Origin: Candidatus Woesearchaeota archaeon CG10_big_fil_rev_8_21_14_0_10_33_12
Lineage (GTDB): Archaea > Nanobdellota > Nanobdellia > Woesearchaeales > CG1-02-33-12
Length of the DNA: 52,405 bases
Assembly (NCBI GenBank): GCA_002762865.1
Contig: PCYE01000017.1
Coordinates: 1 to 52,405 of the forward strand
Direction of reading: 5' to 3'
In this document: piece after piece, positions 26,255-36,560 of the stretch
How positions within the stretch are numbered: the first letter of the stretch is position 1
How the letters are laid out: the number at the start of each line of letters is the position of its first letter
Position numbers and translations under genes: made by a program
Notes under the pieces: model-generated
Told to the model about the DNA's origin: nothing
The model's database searches: none
What the model saw: only the letters and a program-made list of their open reading frames with translations

Positions 26255-27436
26255 ATGAAAATATTAGTATTAAACTCTGGCTCAAGTTCTCTGAAATTCC
26301 AGCTTTTTGAGATTAAAGAAAAAGAAGATGTTCTGATTAAGGGAATTGCTGACGGCATTGGTTTAAAAGATTCTTTTATTTTATATGAAATAAAAAACAA
26401 AATAAAGAGGATAAAAAAGAAAATTAAAAATCATAGGGAAGCATTAAAGGATGTTCTTGATATAATTTTGGCTGAGGATATAATCAACTCATTTAATGAA
26501 ATAAAAGCAATAGGCCACAGGGCAGTTCATGGCGGCGAGGATTTTAAAGAGCCTGTTATAGTCAATGATAAGGTTATGAAAAAGATAGATGAGTTAAGCA
26601 GTCTTGCTCCATTGCATAACCCTGCAAACCTTATTGGGATGAAAGTATGCAAAGAGCTTTTGTCTAAGATAAAACAGGTTGCTGTTTTTGACACTGGATT
26701 TCATAGTAGTATGCATGAAAAAGCATTTATCTATGGGATTCCATATACATATTATAAAAAATATGGCATAAGGCGCTATGGTTTTCACGGGACATCGCAT
26801 CATTATGTTTCAAAAAAAGCAGCTGAAATCTTAAACAAAGATTATAAAAAATTAAAGATAATATCCTGCCATCTTGGCAATGGCTCAAGCATTGCTGCTG
26901 TTATGAACGGCAAGAGCATTGATACCTCAATGGGATTTACTCCCCTTGAAGGAATTGTCATGGGGACAAGGTCTGGCGATATTGACCCTGCAATAATTCC
27001 TTTTTTGATGAAAAAGGAAAAGCTTTCTGTCAAGGAAATTGATGACATGTTAAATAAAAAATCAGGCTTATTCGGAATATCCGGGATAAGCCCTGATGTC
27101 AGGGTTTTATGGTCCAGTGAAAAAAAAGGAAATAAAAAAGCAGGCCTTGCACTTGATATTCTTGGGTATAGGATTGCAAAATACATTGGAGCTTACATAG
27201 CTGCAATGAACGGTGTTGATGCAATTGTGTTTACAGCAGGAATAGGGGAAAACGCATTCTATATAAGGGAGAGGGTTCTGAAGCATTTTGAATATCTTGG
27301 CCTTAAGATTAATAAAACAAGAAACAAAAACAATGAAACAATAATCTCAGCAGATAATTCTAAAATCAAGGCCATGGTAATCCCAACAAACGAAGAACTC
27401 CAGATAGCAAGAGAGACCTTTGAGCTGGTAAAGTAA
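26255..27436 (+). CDS. ackA: acetate kinase
   Basis: MKILVLNSGSSSLKFQLF, GHRAVHGG, FDTGFH, RYGFHGTSH, CHLGNGSSI and VFTAGIGEN are canonical AckA motifs. The gene starts 4 nt after the pta stop. Confidence 0.95.
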   Translation: MKILVLNSGSSSLKFQLFEIKEKEDVLIKGIADGIGLKDSFILYEIKNKIKRIKKKIKNHREALKDVLDIILAEDIINSFNEIKAIGHRAVHGGEDFKEPVIVNDKVMKKIDELSSLAPLHNPANLIGMKVCKELLSKIKQVAVFDTGFHSSMHEKAFIYGIPYTYYKKYGIRRYGFHGTSHHYVSKKAAEILNKDYKKLKIISCHLGNGSSIAAVMNGKSIDTSMGFTPLEGIVMGTRSGDIDPAIIPFLMKKEKLSVKEIDDMLNKKSGLFGISGISPDVRVLWSSEKKGNKKAGLALDILGYRIAKYIGAYIAAMNGVDAIVFTAGIGENAFYIRERVLKHFEYLGLKINKTRNKNNETIISADNSKIKAMVIPTNEELQIARETFELVK

Positions 27437-27443
27437 TTAAAAA

Positions 27444-28505
27444 TTAATAATTTAACTTGTATCTTAGGATTGCAGCTATCCCGCCAAGGCCGTCCAGCTT
27501 CTTGCCGCCGTCATGATCTGAGCCGATTATATTAACAGTGCCTTTCATGCTTTCTGTGTTTTTCATCATCGGGTCTATTTTTTCATAAGTTTTGTTTAAT
27601 CTTGTCTTTTGTATTAGGCCGTCTGTAACCAATAGTTTTTCAACAGCCCCTGCAGTAACAGCTTTTTCTGTTTCTTTAAGGCCATAAACAGCAAGGCTGT
27701 TTTTTGAGATTTCCTCTAATAACAATTCAACAAGTTTCAGCTCTTTTGCAACCCTCTGCTGGCTCAGGACATTTTTTACTTCAGGCCTTTTCAGGACTTC
27801 ATCAATTGCCTCTTTTCCAGAGCAGGAGCATGTTGCCAATGTGATTTTTTTCTTGATTTCATCATTCTTTATGTTTTTCATCAAATCCTCTTTCCAGAAT
27901 GCAGGGCTTGCCAGTATTATATTTTCAATTTTATATCGCTCAGCATAATCATAAAGCTTGTTTACAACATCACCATAAAAATTTCCTGTTTTTGCTTTCA
28001 GGTCTGCTTTTTTCTCAACATCTCCCTTAATCTCAGACAGCAGGCTAAATCCCTGTTTTTTTAGAAGGCCAAAGCATACTTCATCCCTGTCAAGAACGCA
28101 GATAAGTATTTTCTTGGTTTCAACTGATGCCTGTTTTATTTTTTCAATCTGAAAGCTTAGCCATTGCTTTTTTATAACAGTAATAACAGTTCCTGGCTCA
28201 AGGTTGAATGTATGATAAGAACCTTTTTGTATGTCTTCCGGACCCTGCGTTATAGTTCCGGAAACCCTTAAAATTGAAGAATATTCATGAAATTCAACAT
28301 TTTCAACCCTTATTTCAATGAAAATAGTTTTCTTAACAATATTCACCTTTCTTTGGTCGCTCTCGCCAATTTTTATTTTCCTTACAGTCTTGCCTCTAAC
28401 AAGATCTTCTGGCTCTATTATATGGCTTAAACACCAAAGGTCATCCATATTCTCTATTTTGAATTTTGCTTCTCCTTTCTTCAAATCAAAGGATATTTGT
28501 TTCAT
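27444..28505 (-). CDS. pelA: Pelota (Dom34) ribosome-rescue factor
   Basis: 353 aa. N-terminal ...KIENMDDLWCLSHII, with central and C-terminal eRF1-like domains (LLVTDGL...). Typical of archaeal Pelota. Confidence 0.85.
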   Translation of the reverse strand: MKQISFDLKKGEAKFKIENMDDLWCLSHIIEPEDLVRGKTVRKIKIGESDQRKVNIVKKTIFIEIRVENVEFHEYSSILRVSGTITQGPEDIQKGSYHTFNLEPGTVITVIKKQWLSFQIEKIKQASVETKKILICVLDRDEVCFGLLKKQGFSLLSEIKGDVEKKADLKAKTGNFYGDVVNKLYDYAERYKIENIILASPAFWKEDLMKNIKNDEIKKKITLATCSCSGKEAIDEVLKRPEVKNVLSQQRVAKELKLVELLLEEISKNSLAVYGLKETEKAVTAGAVEKLLVTDGLIQKTRLNKTYEKIDPMMKNTESMKGTVNIIGSDHDGGKKLDGLGGIAAILRYKLNY

Positions 28506-28565
28506 ACCTCTAAAATAGGAAAACTTATATATATTAAGTTATCTATTTAAGACAGGTGATTATAA

Positions 28566-29777
28566 ATGAGTTTACATATAAAAAGCAAAAAAGCTAACGG
28601 CAATACTATTACTAGCGCTGGTGGTGCAATGGGATTTATATCCCTTATGGTTGGATTGATTATATTATATATCATATTTCTGCCACCAGGGGAAAGGGCA
28701 AAATTATTAGGGGAAAATGAGAGTGTTGAAGAAGAAGATAATGTTAGTGTAGAAACTGAAGAAAATGTTTTATTGCTTGAGTATCCAGGAAGGATTGATT
28801 ACCTGAAAGAAAAAGAGTATGAGCATGATATCTCGCCTTTTTATTTATATAAAACAACAAATGCAGAGGAGCTTGATACAATCAATCCATTTATAATAAG
28901 GCATGGCCTATTTGATGAGGTAATAAAAGATGTTCCTTTTAAGATATCAGACTTGAAAAATACAGAAAATGTTTTATTATCATTTACAGCAAAAAAGTAT
29001 AATGGATTACTAACTATAAAATTAAATGATGTTAATATATTTGAGAGCGAGATAACAACATCAAATCCAAAGCCAATAAAACTCAAAAAAGATTATCTTG
29101 AAGAGGATAATATGTTAGAGTTTAGTGTTTCCGGAACAGGAGCTAAGTTCTGGTCAACAAATATTTACAGCCTTGATGACATTAGGATAGTTGGTGATGT
29201 TGCTGATATAAGCAGGCAGGAAAGCAAAAACATATTCTTCATAAGCGAGAATGAAAAACTAAATCTTGAGATAGCCAAACTCAGATTTTTGCCTCAATGC
29301 AAACCAGAGGATGTTGGGAAGCTTGATATTTTAATTAATTACCAAAATGTTTTTTCTGGCGTGCCTGATTGCGGGGGCATAAATGTTTATAGTTTTTCAA
29401 CAAATGTTTTGTATACTGGGGATAATAACATTGTTTTTAAAACAGATAAAGGCTCTTACCTTATTGAGCAGATAAAGGTGCAGACAAGCCTTAGAGAGCT
29501 AATATACCCCACCTATTATTTTGAGATTAATGAAACAACAATTGAAAAAATTAAAGGAGACACATATGATGCTGTACTCTCTATTGAATTTGTTGATGAC
29601 AAAAAAAACAAGGAAATGAATCTCAATATAAACAACAGAATGACTTCTGTCGATACAGAGGAAGCAAAATATTTGAAAAAAATAGATGATTACCTAAGAG
29701 AAGGCAACAACTTCATAAAAATAGAGCCATTGTCAATGCTTGATATTATTGAGCTGAAAGTGGAGCTTGAAAAATAA
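28566..29777 (+). CDS. N-terminally anchored extracellular protein with three internal beta-sandwich-like repeats (403 aa)
   Basis: TM helix GAMGFISLMVGLIILYIIFL. Three repeats follow the pattern L.I.(L/I)N...(I/V)F/.......L..G.N.I.F.....Y.I..I.V (LLTIKLNDVNIFESE..., LDILINYQNVFSGV..., MNLNINNRMTSV...). Confidence 0.55.
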   Translation: MSLHIKSKKANGNTITSAGGAMGFISLMVGLIILYIIFLPPGERAKLLGENESVEEEDNVSVETEENVLLLEYPGRIDYLKEKEYEHDISPFYLYKTTNAEELDTINPFIIRHGLFDEVIKDVPFKISDLKNTENVLLSFTAKKYNGLLTIKLNDVNIFESEITTSNPKPIKLKKDYLEEDNMLEFSVSGTGAKFWSTNIYSLDDIRIVGDVADISRQESKNIFFISENEKLNLEIAKLRFLPQCKPEDVGKLDILINYQNVFSGVPDCGGINVYSFSTNVLYTGDNNIVFKTDKGSYLIEQIKVQTSLRELIYPTYYFEINETTIEKIKGDTYDAVLSIEFVDDKKNKEMNLNINNRMTSVDTEEAKYLKKIDDYLREGNNFIKIEPLSMLDIIELKVELEK

Positions 29778-29805
29778 TTTTTTATTTTTCTAAAAAGAGG
29801 GATTT

Positions 29806-32241
29806 ATGGCAAGTGCAAAGGATGTTGGGAAAAATTTTTTAAGTTGGATGAATAAAGGTTTGACTGCTAATCCTTCAATAACCCTTTTTATTGTTATTAG
29901 TCTTGTTATTCATTTAATTGATGTTTTTTCAGACTTCAGAAATACTAATTTTAGAATATTTGCTTATTTAGTATTAACAATAGCTGCATGGCTTAGCCTG
30001 TTTAAAGACCAAGAAAATCCAGGAGTTATTAATATTGCCAACATTAAAGTCCCTGTTATATTATCATCAATTGCAATATTTGCTCCTTATTTAGGGGGAG
30101 TTCTCCCTTTTTTAGGCAGTTCACAATCATTTCAGACAGCAATTATATTTTTTCCAGCTTGGGTACTGTTCCTTTGTTTTGCAATGGGGCAAAATTGGTT
30201 TATTATTATATGCAGGTGGATTATAGTATTATTATTATTGTTTCTTGTTTTTCCGACTATTATTAATGGATTTATAAATGATTTGAGAATAGGTGAAATT
30301 GAAACAGGCATTAATGTGCAGCAAACAATCTCAAATACTATGAGGGATTTAAGCTATGGAGTTAATAGTGCCTTAACAAATATTGGAAAAGCATGGAAAG
30401 ATGCCTATAATAGCCTTATAAAAACAGCCACAGGTGATTATTACACTGGAAAGGTTGATGAGTATGAGGATGAGCCAGTGGGTGTTTATCTTGAGGACCT
30501 GCAGGCAGCCGATTCAAAATTCTTTGAGGGAGAGAAAATAACAGTCTGGGCTGTTCTAAAAGCAAAAACATTGGGGGATAAAGAAATAAACATAAATGTT
30601 TCATGCTATGCAAAAGAAGGGAATAAAAAAGTAGGAGGGAGTATAATTCCCCAGAATGAATTTAACATAGCAACAGAAGAAGAAGAATATCTTGACTGTA
30701 CATTTGATAAGCTTAATCCTGGCAAGATGGATGTAACTTTTAATGCAGAATTTAATTTTGAGACAATGGCTTACCTTAAGACATATTTTATGGATAAGGA
30801 AAGTCTAAGGGCTTTGACAAGAGAGGGAATTGATGTATTCAGCCATTACAAAATCAGCAATATAAACCCAATAGCAATATATACAAATGGTCCTGTAGGC
30901 ATAGGAATGAGAACAGCTGAGCCTTTGCCGGTAGGGGTTTACAGTGATAAAGAAAATATCCCTTTTTTCTTTGGAATAACCATAGAAAACAACTGGGAAG
31001 GAACAATCAAAAAAGTGACAGGTTTGGAAATTCAGGTTCATGACAGCTTAGAGCTGACAAACTGTGACCATGTGTTTGAGTTCAAGGAAAATGAGGATGG
31101 TTATAATATATATAGCCTTGTTCCTGACAAGAGAACAGAAGACATAAAAACAAGAAAATTCCATTCTATCCAGTGCAGGTTAAACCCTGTTGACCCAAAG
31201 AGCCTGCTTGGCAATGAGCCAATAACAACAAGATATTTTAGGGTTACAGCCAGCTATGTTTATGAGCTTGAAAAATCAGTGCCAGTCGAGGTTGAAAAAG
31301 TAGAAGACTACAAAAGCCCAGAAGAAGAGGTAATGACTTCAGATGAGAAAGCACAAGAATTTAAGGATAAACTGAATGAGATGGTAGATGGAAAAACAAA
31401 TAATGAGATTGCATGCAATGTAATAAGCAAATGCAGTGATTATGATGCAAACTATTATGACAAGCTCGGCTTTAATGATCAGACTTGGTGTGATACAAAC
31501 CCTTGTAATTTAGACTGTTATTCAGCTTTCGAGAAAAGTGGTGATGAAGTTTCCTATGATTCATGCAAGGAATGCCCATATTATATGACTATTCAAGATC
31601 TACCAAGGGAAGATTACTGCAATATATACCTTGCCGAAGATTATTGTGAAAAAGATATTTGTAATTTTAGAGATTATAATATTGAATGCCAATGGTATGA
31701 TAATAAATGTATGATGGGTTTTCTCAAAAAAGAGGAATGGAAAGATTATGATGAAAGTGAAGTAAAAGCTAAACTAAGGGAGGCTGCTCAAGAAAATAAT
31801 ATCCCCCCAGAAATTTTATTAGGAGTAGCTTATACTGAAACTGGAGGCACATTTAATAAAGATTTGATTGGTGATGAAGGTGATAGTATAGGTTTAATGC
31901 AAATAAATTTTGGTTTGCATAAGAATGAATGTAATCTTGAAAGTAAAGATGAATTGTTTGACATAAATAAAAACATAGAGTGTAGTATTAAGATATTAAA
32001 AAACCATTATAATAATTTTTGTTCAGTATCAGGAAGTGAAAGATTTAGAAATAAAGTGGATGATGAAGAAAATGGATGTATAAATCCTATTTTTAATGAA
32101 AAATATAAATCATACTCCTATGAATATGGTTGTTGGAATATGGCATTAAGAGCTTATAACGGTTTTGGATGTCAGAATGAAATAATCGCTGGATATGTTG
32201 AGAGGGTTAGAAACAACATAAAAGAACAGGGATTTGATTAA
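29806..32241 (+). CDS. 811-aa polytopic membrane protein with extracellular beta-rich domain, Cys-rich linker and C-terminal family-1 lytic transglycosylase (SLT) domain
   Basis: About 5-6 N-terminal TM helices (residues about 25-150). C-terminal motifs AYTETGG (candidate catalytic Glu, nt 31837-31839), GLMQIN (31891-31908) and RAYNGFG (32152-32169) correspond to SLT motifs ES / GLMQ / AYNxG. Confidence 0.7.
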   Translation: MASAKDVGKNFLSWMNKGLTANPSITLFIVISLVIHLIDVFSDFRNTNFRIFAYLVLTIAAWLSLFKDQENPGVINIANIKVPVILSSIAIFAPYLGGVLPFLGSSQSFQTAIIFFPAWVLFLCFAMGQNWFIIICRWIIVLLLLFLVFPTIINGFINDLRIGEIETGINVQQTISNTMRDLSYGVNSALTNIGKAWKDAYNSLIKTATGDYYTGKVDEYEDEPVGVYLEDLQAADSKFFEGEKITVWAVLKAKTLGDKEININVSCYAKEGNKKVGGSIIPQNEFNIATEEEEYLDCTFDKLNPGKMDVTFNAEFNFETMAYLKTYFMDKESLRALTREGIDVFSHYKISNINPIAIYTNGPVGIGMRTAEPLPVGVYSDKENIPFFFGITIENNWEGTIKKVTGLEIQVHDSLELTNCDHVFEFKENEDGYNIYSLVPDKRTEDIKTRKFHSIQCRLNPVDPKSLLGNEPITTRYFRVTASYVYELEKSVPVEVEKVEDYKSPEEEVMTSDEKAQEFKDKLNEMVDGKTNNEIACNVISKCSDYDANYYDKLGFNDQTWCDTNPCNLDCYSAFEKSGDEVSYDSCKECPYYMTIQDLPREDYCNIYLAEDYCEKDICNFRDYNIECQWYDNKCMMGFLKKEEWKDYDESEVKAKLREAAQENNIPPEILLGVAYTETGGTFNKDLIGDEGDSIGLMQINFGLHKNECNLESKDELFDINKNIECSIKILKNHYNNFCSVSGSERFRNKVDDEENGCINPIFNEKYKSYSYEYGCWNMALRAYNGFGCQNEIIAGYVERVRNNIKEQGFD

Positions 32242-32245
32242 GAAG

Positions 32246-33178
32246 ATGAATATTAAGCAAAATAAAAATACTGGAATTATTTTATTAATTATAACTACAT
32301 TAATTTTCTCAGGATGCATACAAAATCCTTTTGTAAAAACAACAACGCAGGATGACTTCAGAACAGGAAGCCAGGGAATACTAATGGAATTCTTGACTAA
32401 TGCCCCTCCAAGTGAGACATATGAAGAGTACCCATTCCAGGTAGGGGTTATTTTAGAAAATGTTGGAGCATATGATACCAAAAATGGTTTTATTTCTTTC
32501 ACAATTGAAGAGGATTATATGGAGCTAATGAACCAAAATGATGATGTTGTTAGCTTTAGCCTAAAGGGCAAGTCTGTTTCCCTCCCAACAGGAGACCAGT
32601 TAGTAAAAATAATAAAAGCAAATACAAAAAAAATAGACGAACAAAGTGAAAAACATGATTCAACAGTATTAGCAAATGTGTGCTATCAATACCAAACAAA
32701 AAAAGATGTTACAATCTGTATAGATACAGATATTTATAATCTTAAAGAAATGCAAAAAGTATGTAATATTAAAGACATAACCTTAACTCCTCAGGGAGCT
32801 CCTGTTGCAATAACAAAGATAGAGAGCGAGATGCTTCCAGCAGAGGATGATAACCTAATAAAGCCAGCATTTAAAATTCAGATAAAGAATGTTGGCAATG
32901 GGGAGGTTATTGACAAGGGTAAGATATCTGATATATGCTCATCAGAGCCAGTAGATTATAAGGAATTAAATACAGTTGATATAAAAGTCATGCTTTCCAA
33001 TGAAGAGCTTGAATGCAAGCCAACACCTTTAAAGCTAAAATCTAATGAAGATGAGGTTAGGTGCATTCTTGAGAAAGGCATTCCAAAAGACAGGGCAACC
33101 TATACTAGTCCATTGACAATTGAGCTGGACTATGGCTATACATACTCTATATCAACTAAGGTTGTAATAAGAAAATAG
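32246..33178 (+). CDS. lipoprotein, paralog 1 of a three-member family
   Basis: Lipobox LIFSGC. Shared family motifs: RTGSQGILMEF..APPSETY, CYQYQT......CI, GAPVAITKIE, LTIELDYGYTYSIS. I prefer ATG 32246 over the track's TTG at 32234. Confidence 0.65.
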   Translation: MNIKQNKNTGIILLIITTLIFSGCIQNPFVKTTTQDDFRTGSQGILMEFLTNAPPSETYEEYPFQVGVILENVGAYDTKNGFISFTIEEDYMELMNQNDDVVSFSLKGKSVSLPTGDQLVKIIKANTKKIDEQSEKHDSTVLANVCYQYQTKKDVTICIDTDIYNLKEMQKVCNIKDITLTPQGAPVAITKIESEMLPAEDDNLIKPAFKIQIKNVGNGEVIDKGKISDICSSEPVDYKELNTVDIKVMLSNEELECKPTPLKLKSNEDEVRCILEKGIPKDRATYTSPLTIELDYGYTYSISTKVVIRK

Positions 33179-33225
33179 TTTTTAATAGAAAGTTTTAAAT
33201 ACAAATCAAGGGATTATATAACAAA

Positions 33226-34173
33226 ATGAGAAAAATTATATTGGTAATCCTTATATTATTCTTGTTCTTAAGTTTTGGATGCACCACAAAAACAGGAGAA
33301 ACTGATGTTGATTACAGAACTGGGACTCAGGGAATTGTTATGAATTTCATGACAGATATACCTCCAGCCAAGATGTATGATGATATGCCAATTGACCTTG
33401 TTGTAGAGATAAAAAACAAAGGGGCTTATCCACAGCCAACAAGCATTACTGGCTGGGCAATTATCACAACCTCTGGCACAAATGGGATTGGAACCTTTTA
33501 TTTAAGTGGTTTTGATGACACCCTTATAATGGGCATGCCAAAACAGATGTCAGTTTCTAACCTTGAGGGGAAAAACCCTTACAACCTGGAAGGAGGTTAT
33601 GATGTGATTTCATTTAGGGGCAATATAATAAATTTTGACAGCAGGAATATTGATAGTTATAATGCAAACTTTCTTGTTACATCATGCTATAATTATGAAA
33701 CAATAACTTCCCAAACAATCTGTGTTGATCCAGAGCCCTATTCAGCAAAGGAAAAAACAAAAGTTTGTACCATCCCACCTAGTTATTCTTTATCAGGAGG
33801 CCAGGGTGCTCCTGTTGCTGTAACAAAAATAGAAGAGGCTGTGCTCTCAAACAAAATACAATTCAAGGTATATATAAAGAATCTTGGAGACGGCAAGATT
33901 GTTGACAAGAATAGGCTTAATATTGACTGCCCATATTCGCTGGACTATACAAACCTCAATAAGGTTTATGTAAGCGGCCGTGTTTCTGGCTACAGCCTCA
34001 GCTGCAAGCCAAATAACCCAATTAATTTAATAAATGGAGAGGGAAGTGTTGTATGCACTGTTCCAAAACCAGCAATGAGCAAGTCAGCATATACCACCCC
34101 ATTGCAGGTTAAATTAGAGTATGGCTATTCATCATCAATACAAAGAAGTGTTGAAATATTAAACACACCCTGA
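33226..34173 (+). CDS. lipoprotein, paralog 2
   Basis: Lipobox LSFGC. Motifs: RTGTQGIVMNF..IPPAKMY, CYNYET......CV, GAPVAVTKIEE, LQVKLEYGYSSSIQ. Confidence 0.65.
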   Translation: MRKIILVILILFLFLSFGCTTKTGETDVDYRTGTQGIVMNFMTDIPPAKMYDDMPIDLVVEIKNKGAYPQPTSITGWAIITTSGTNGIGTFYLSGFDDTLIMGMPKQMSVSNLEGKNPYNLEGGYDVISFRGNIINFDSRNIDSYNANFLVTSCYNYETITSQTICVDPEPYSAKEKTKVCTIPPSYSLSGGQGAPVAVTKIEEAVLSNKIQFKVYIKNLGDGKIVDKNRLNIDCPYSLDYTNLNKVYVSGRVSGYSLSCKPNNPINLINGEGSVVCTVPKPAMSKSAYTTPLQVKLEYGYSSSIQRSVEILNTP

Positions 34174-34228
34174 TTAACAGAAAAATTTATATAATCAAAT
34201 AATGTATTAAAAACCGGAGGCTTGAAAA

Positions 34229-35152
34229 ATGAAAAATTATGTTAATATAATATTAATATTGGCTTTACTGATTTTTGCATCTGGATGCGGAAAAGAAACA
34301 GCTCCTTCTAAGGAAAGCCCATTTATTGGCGGAACAACAGGTCTTTTGATAAGTTATGATGAGGGTGCACCTCCTGCAGAGGTCTATGATGGAGGAGACT
34401 TTGATTTTGAAGTTGTTGTCAAGCTAAAGAATGATGGCGAACAAAGTGTAAGCAAGGATAAGGTGGAGGTAAGCCTTAGTGGAATTGACCCAAGGGAATT
34501 TGGATTATCAGATTCAAATTTTGTTAAACACCCTGATGAGGACTTAGAAAAGACTTACAAGGATTCTGAGGGAAACAAGATAGAAGGAACAACAACTTGG
34601 GTGGTATTTTCTGGATTAAATCACCGTGAAAGCTTAATTGGGAACACTCCTTATACAGTAAGGGCAGAGGTATGTTATAATTATGCAACAGATATAAACT
34701 CAATGCTTTGCATAAAAAAAGGCCAGATTGATAAAGAAGGAGATATCTGTAAGATTACTGAGGAAAAAGCTGTTTTTAACTCAGGCGGACCAGTACAGGT
34801 TACAAGCTTTAAAGAAACTCCTAAAGGGAGTAATAAGTTTAACTTTCAGTTTACAATAAAACCTAAGGGAAATGGGGGAATATACAAAAAAGATTCTAAC
34901 TGCGAGTATACAAGGGCAAATGAAAACAAGATTTTTGTGAGCGTTGATACAGGAATGAGTGGCTTAACCTGTGTTGGTTTAGATGGTGGCGCTACAAGTG
35001 GTTATATAACTTTATATAGCGGAGAACGTACGATAACCTGCACCCAGGATACAGAAACAAACACAAACTTTGAAAAACCAGTTAATATAAAATTAGAATA
35101 TGATTATGAAGAAGATATATCAACACAGGTTTTGGTAAAACATTCTACTTAA
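34229..35152 (+). CDS. lipoprotein, paralog 3 (more divergent)
   Basis: GGAGG SD and lipobox FASGC. Motifs: [24 protein letters not shown]......[27 protein letters not shown]. Confidence 0.65.
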   Translation: MKNYVNIILILALLIFASGCGKETAPSKESPFIGGTTGLLISYDEGAPPAEVYDGGDFDFEVVVKLKNDGEQSVSKDKVEVSLSGIDPREFGLSDSNFVKHPDEDLEKTYKDSEGNKIEGTTTWVVFSGLNHRESLIGNTPYTVRAEVCYNYATDINSMLCIKKGQIDKEGDICKITEEKAVFNSGGPVQVTSFKETPKGSNKFNFQFTIKPKGNGGIYKKDSNCEYTRANENKIFVSVDTGMSGLTCVGLDGGATSGYITLYSGERTITCTQDTETNTNFEKPVNIKLEYDYEEDISTQVLVKHST

Positions 35153-36114
35153 TTTTCTTTTTTTATTCCTATTAAAGTAACCTGACTTAGAAGCGCTTCT
35201 AGCTGCAAAAATTCGTCAGAGCCTTCAACCATCCTGAACTCTATCTCGCCGCATTTGTCTATTAAAAACATCTTTTTTCTTGGCTCAATATCAAGGTTTA
35301 ATATTTCTTTCTGAATCTGCTTTATTACATCAAAGCCAGACAATCCATACTCAAGCATTATATCCAATAATTTGTTTCTTGCATCCTTGAATTTATTTTT
35401 TAAGGCAAGGTTTAATACTTCATCTATTTCTTTTGGCCTTGCAACAGAGGCCATTGAATAAATAAGTTCCTCTGTTATCTCATTTGAGAGTGCTGCACAG
35501 CTTTGCAGTATGTTTTCCATCCTCCTGCAGTCCCCGTTGCTGATTTCATATAATGCTTCTTTTGCTTCATCATTCATTTTCAATGATTCTGATTTTACAA
35601 TACTCTCAATGATCTCTATAATATCTTTTTTAATTAAAAACTTAAACCTAAATATAGCACATCTTGATTGTATTGGTTCTATAATTTTACTGCTGTAGTT
35701 GCAGCTGAGAATAAATCTGCATGTGCGAGTGTAATTCTCCATTGTCCTTCTTAAAGCCTGCTGTGCTTCTTTTGTCAAGGCATCTGACTCATCAAGGTAG
35801 ATTATCTTAAACGGCACATCGCCAATTGCCCTTGTCCTGGCAAAATCCTTTACCTTGTTTCTTACAACATCAATCCCTCTTTCATCAGAGGCATTTAATT
35901 CAAGAATATTCTCGTGCCAGCTGTCACCAAACAATTTTTTTGATATTACCAAAGCCAGGCTTGTCTTGCCTGTCCCTGCTGGCCCAGAAAACAATAAATG
36001 AGGCATATTTTTTTGCTTAACAAATGCCTTTGCCTTTTTGACTATTTCCTTTTGGCCTTTTATATCAGAGAATTCTTTTGGCCTATATTTTTCAGTCCAG
36101 ATTGTGTTTTCCAT
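35149..36114 (-). CDS. rfcS: replication factor C small subunit
   Basis: [16 protein letters not shown], Walker [10 protein letters not shown], Walker [12 protein letters not shown], and the SRC motif QSRCAIFRF. Confidence 0.95.
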   Translation of the reverse strand: MENTIWTEKYRPKEFSDIKGQKEIVKKAKAFVKQKNMPHLLFSGPAGTGKTSLALVISKKLFGDSWHENILELNASDERGIDVVRNKVKDFARTRAIGDVPFKIIYLDESDALTKEAQQALRRTMENYTRTCRFILSCNYSSKIIEPIQSRCAIFRFKFLIKKDIIEIIESIVKSESLKMNDEAKEALYEISNGDCRRMENILQSCAALSNEITEELIYSMASVARPKEIDEVLNLALKNKFKDARNKLLDIMLEYGLSGFDVIKQIQKEILNLDIEPRKKMFLIDKCGEIEFRMVEGSDEFLQLEALLSQVTLIGIKKEN

Positions 36115-36162
36115 AAAGGAAGCTAAATAAGCTTTATTTAAATATTTATCCCAAAAAAAGAA

Positions 36163-36426
36163 TTAAATTATATCCTCTTCTGCTATAACAATAAAATCTC
36201 CCATAGCTATTACTGCACTGAAAGGTATTAGTATTTCGCCTTCCTTGTTTTTTTCAAGCTCTAGCTTTTCTGTGTATGTTGTTGGATTGCCTAAGACTAT
36301 GTTGATAAGTTCTCCAGATCTTGTTTCAAATATAATATCCCCTACCTCACCAAATCGCTTTCCAGTTTTGCTAACAACAGTTTTACCTATTAATTGTTTT
36401 GAGAATTTTTTATCTTCTTCAGCCAT
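36163..36426 (-). CDS. PRC-barrel domain protein
   Basis: The segments LIGKTVVSKTGKRFGEVGDIIFETRSGELINIVL and ILIPFSAVIAMGDFIVI are PRC-barrel-like. ATG 36426 with a GGTGGA SD is preferred over the track's GTG at 36435. Confidence 0.65.
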   Translation of the reverse strand: MAEEDKKFSKQLIGKTVVSKTGKRFGEVGDIIFETRSGELINIVLGNPTTYTEKLELEKNKEGEILIPFSAVIAMGDFIVIAEEDII

Positions 36427-36560
36427 TACATCCACCCTTACATGATTTTTAATGTTATCTTAAATGGTTAAGTTATATTTAAATCTTTTGGAAATAAAAT
36501 CTTAATATGGGGTAAAAACCAAAAAACTTTTAATGTTATCCACTATTTATTCTAATTAAA

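Noticed and set aside
25587-27186. Minus-strand ORFs inside pta and ackA (25587..26096, 26594..26803, 26842..27186)
   Set aside because: They are antisense to two canonical enzymes, so they are spurious.
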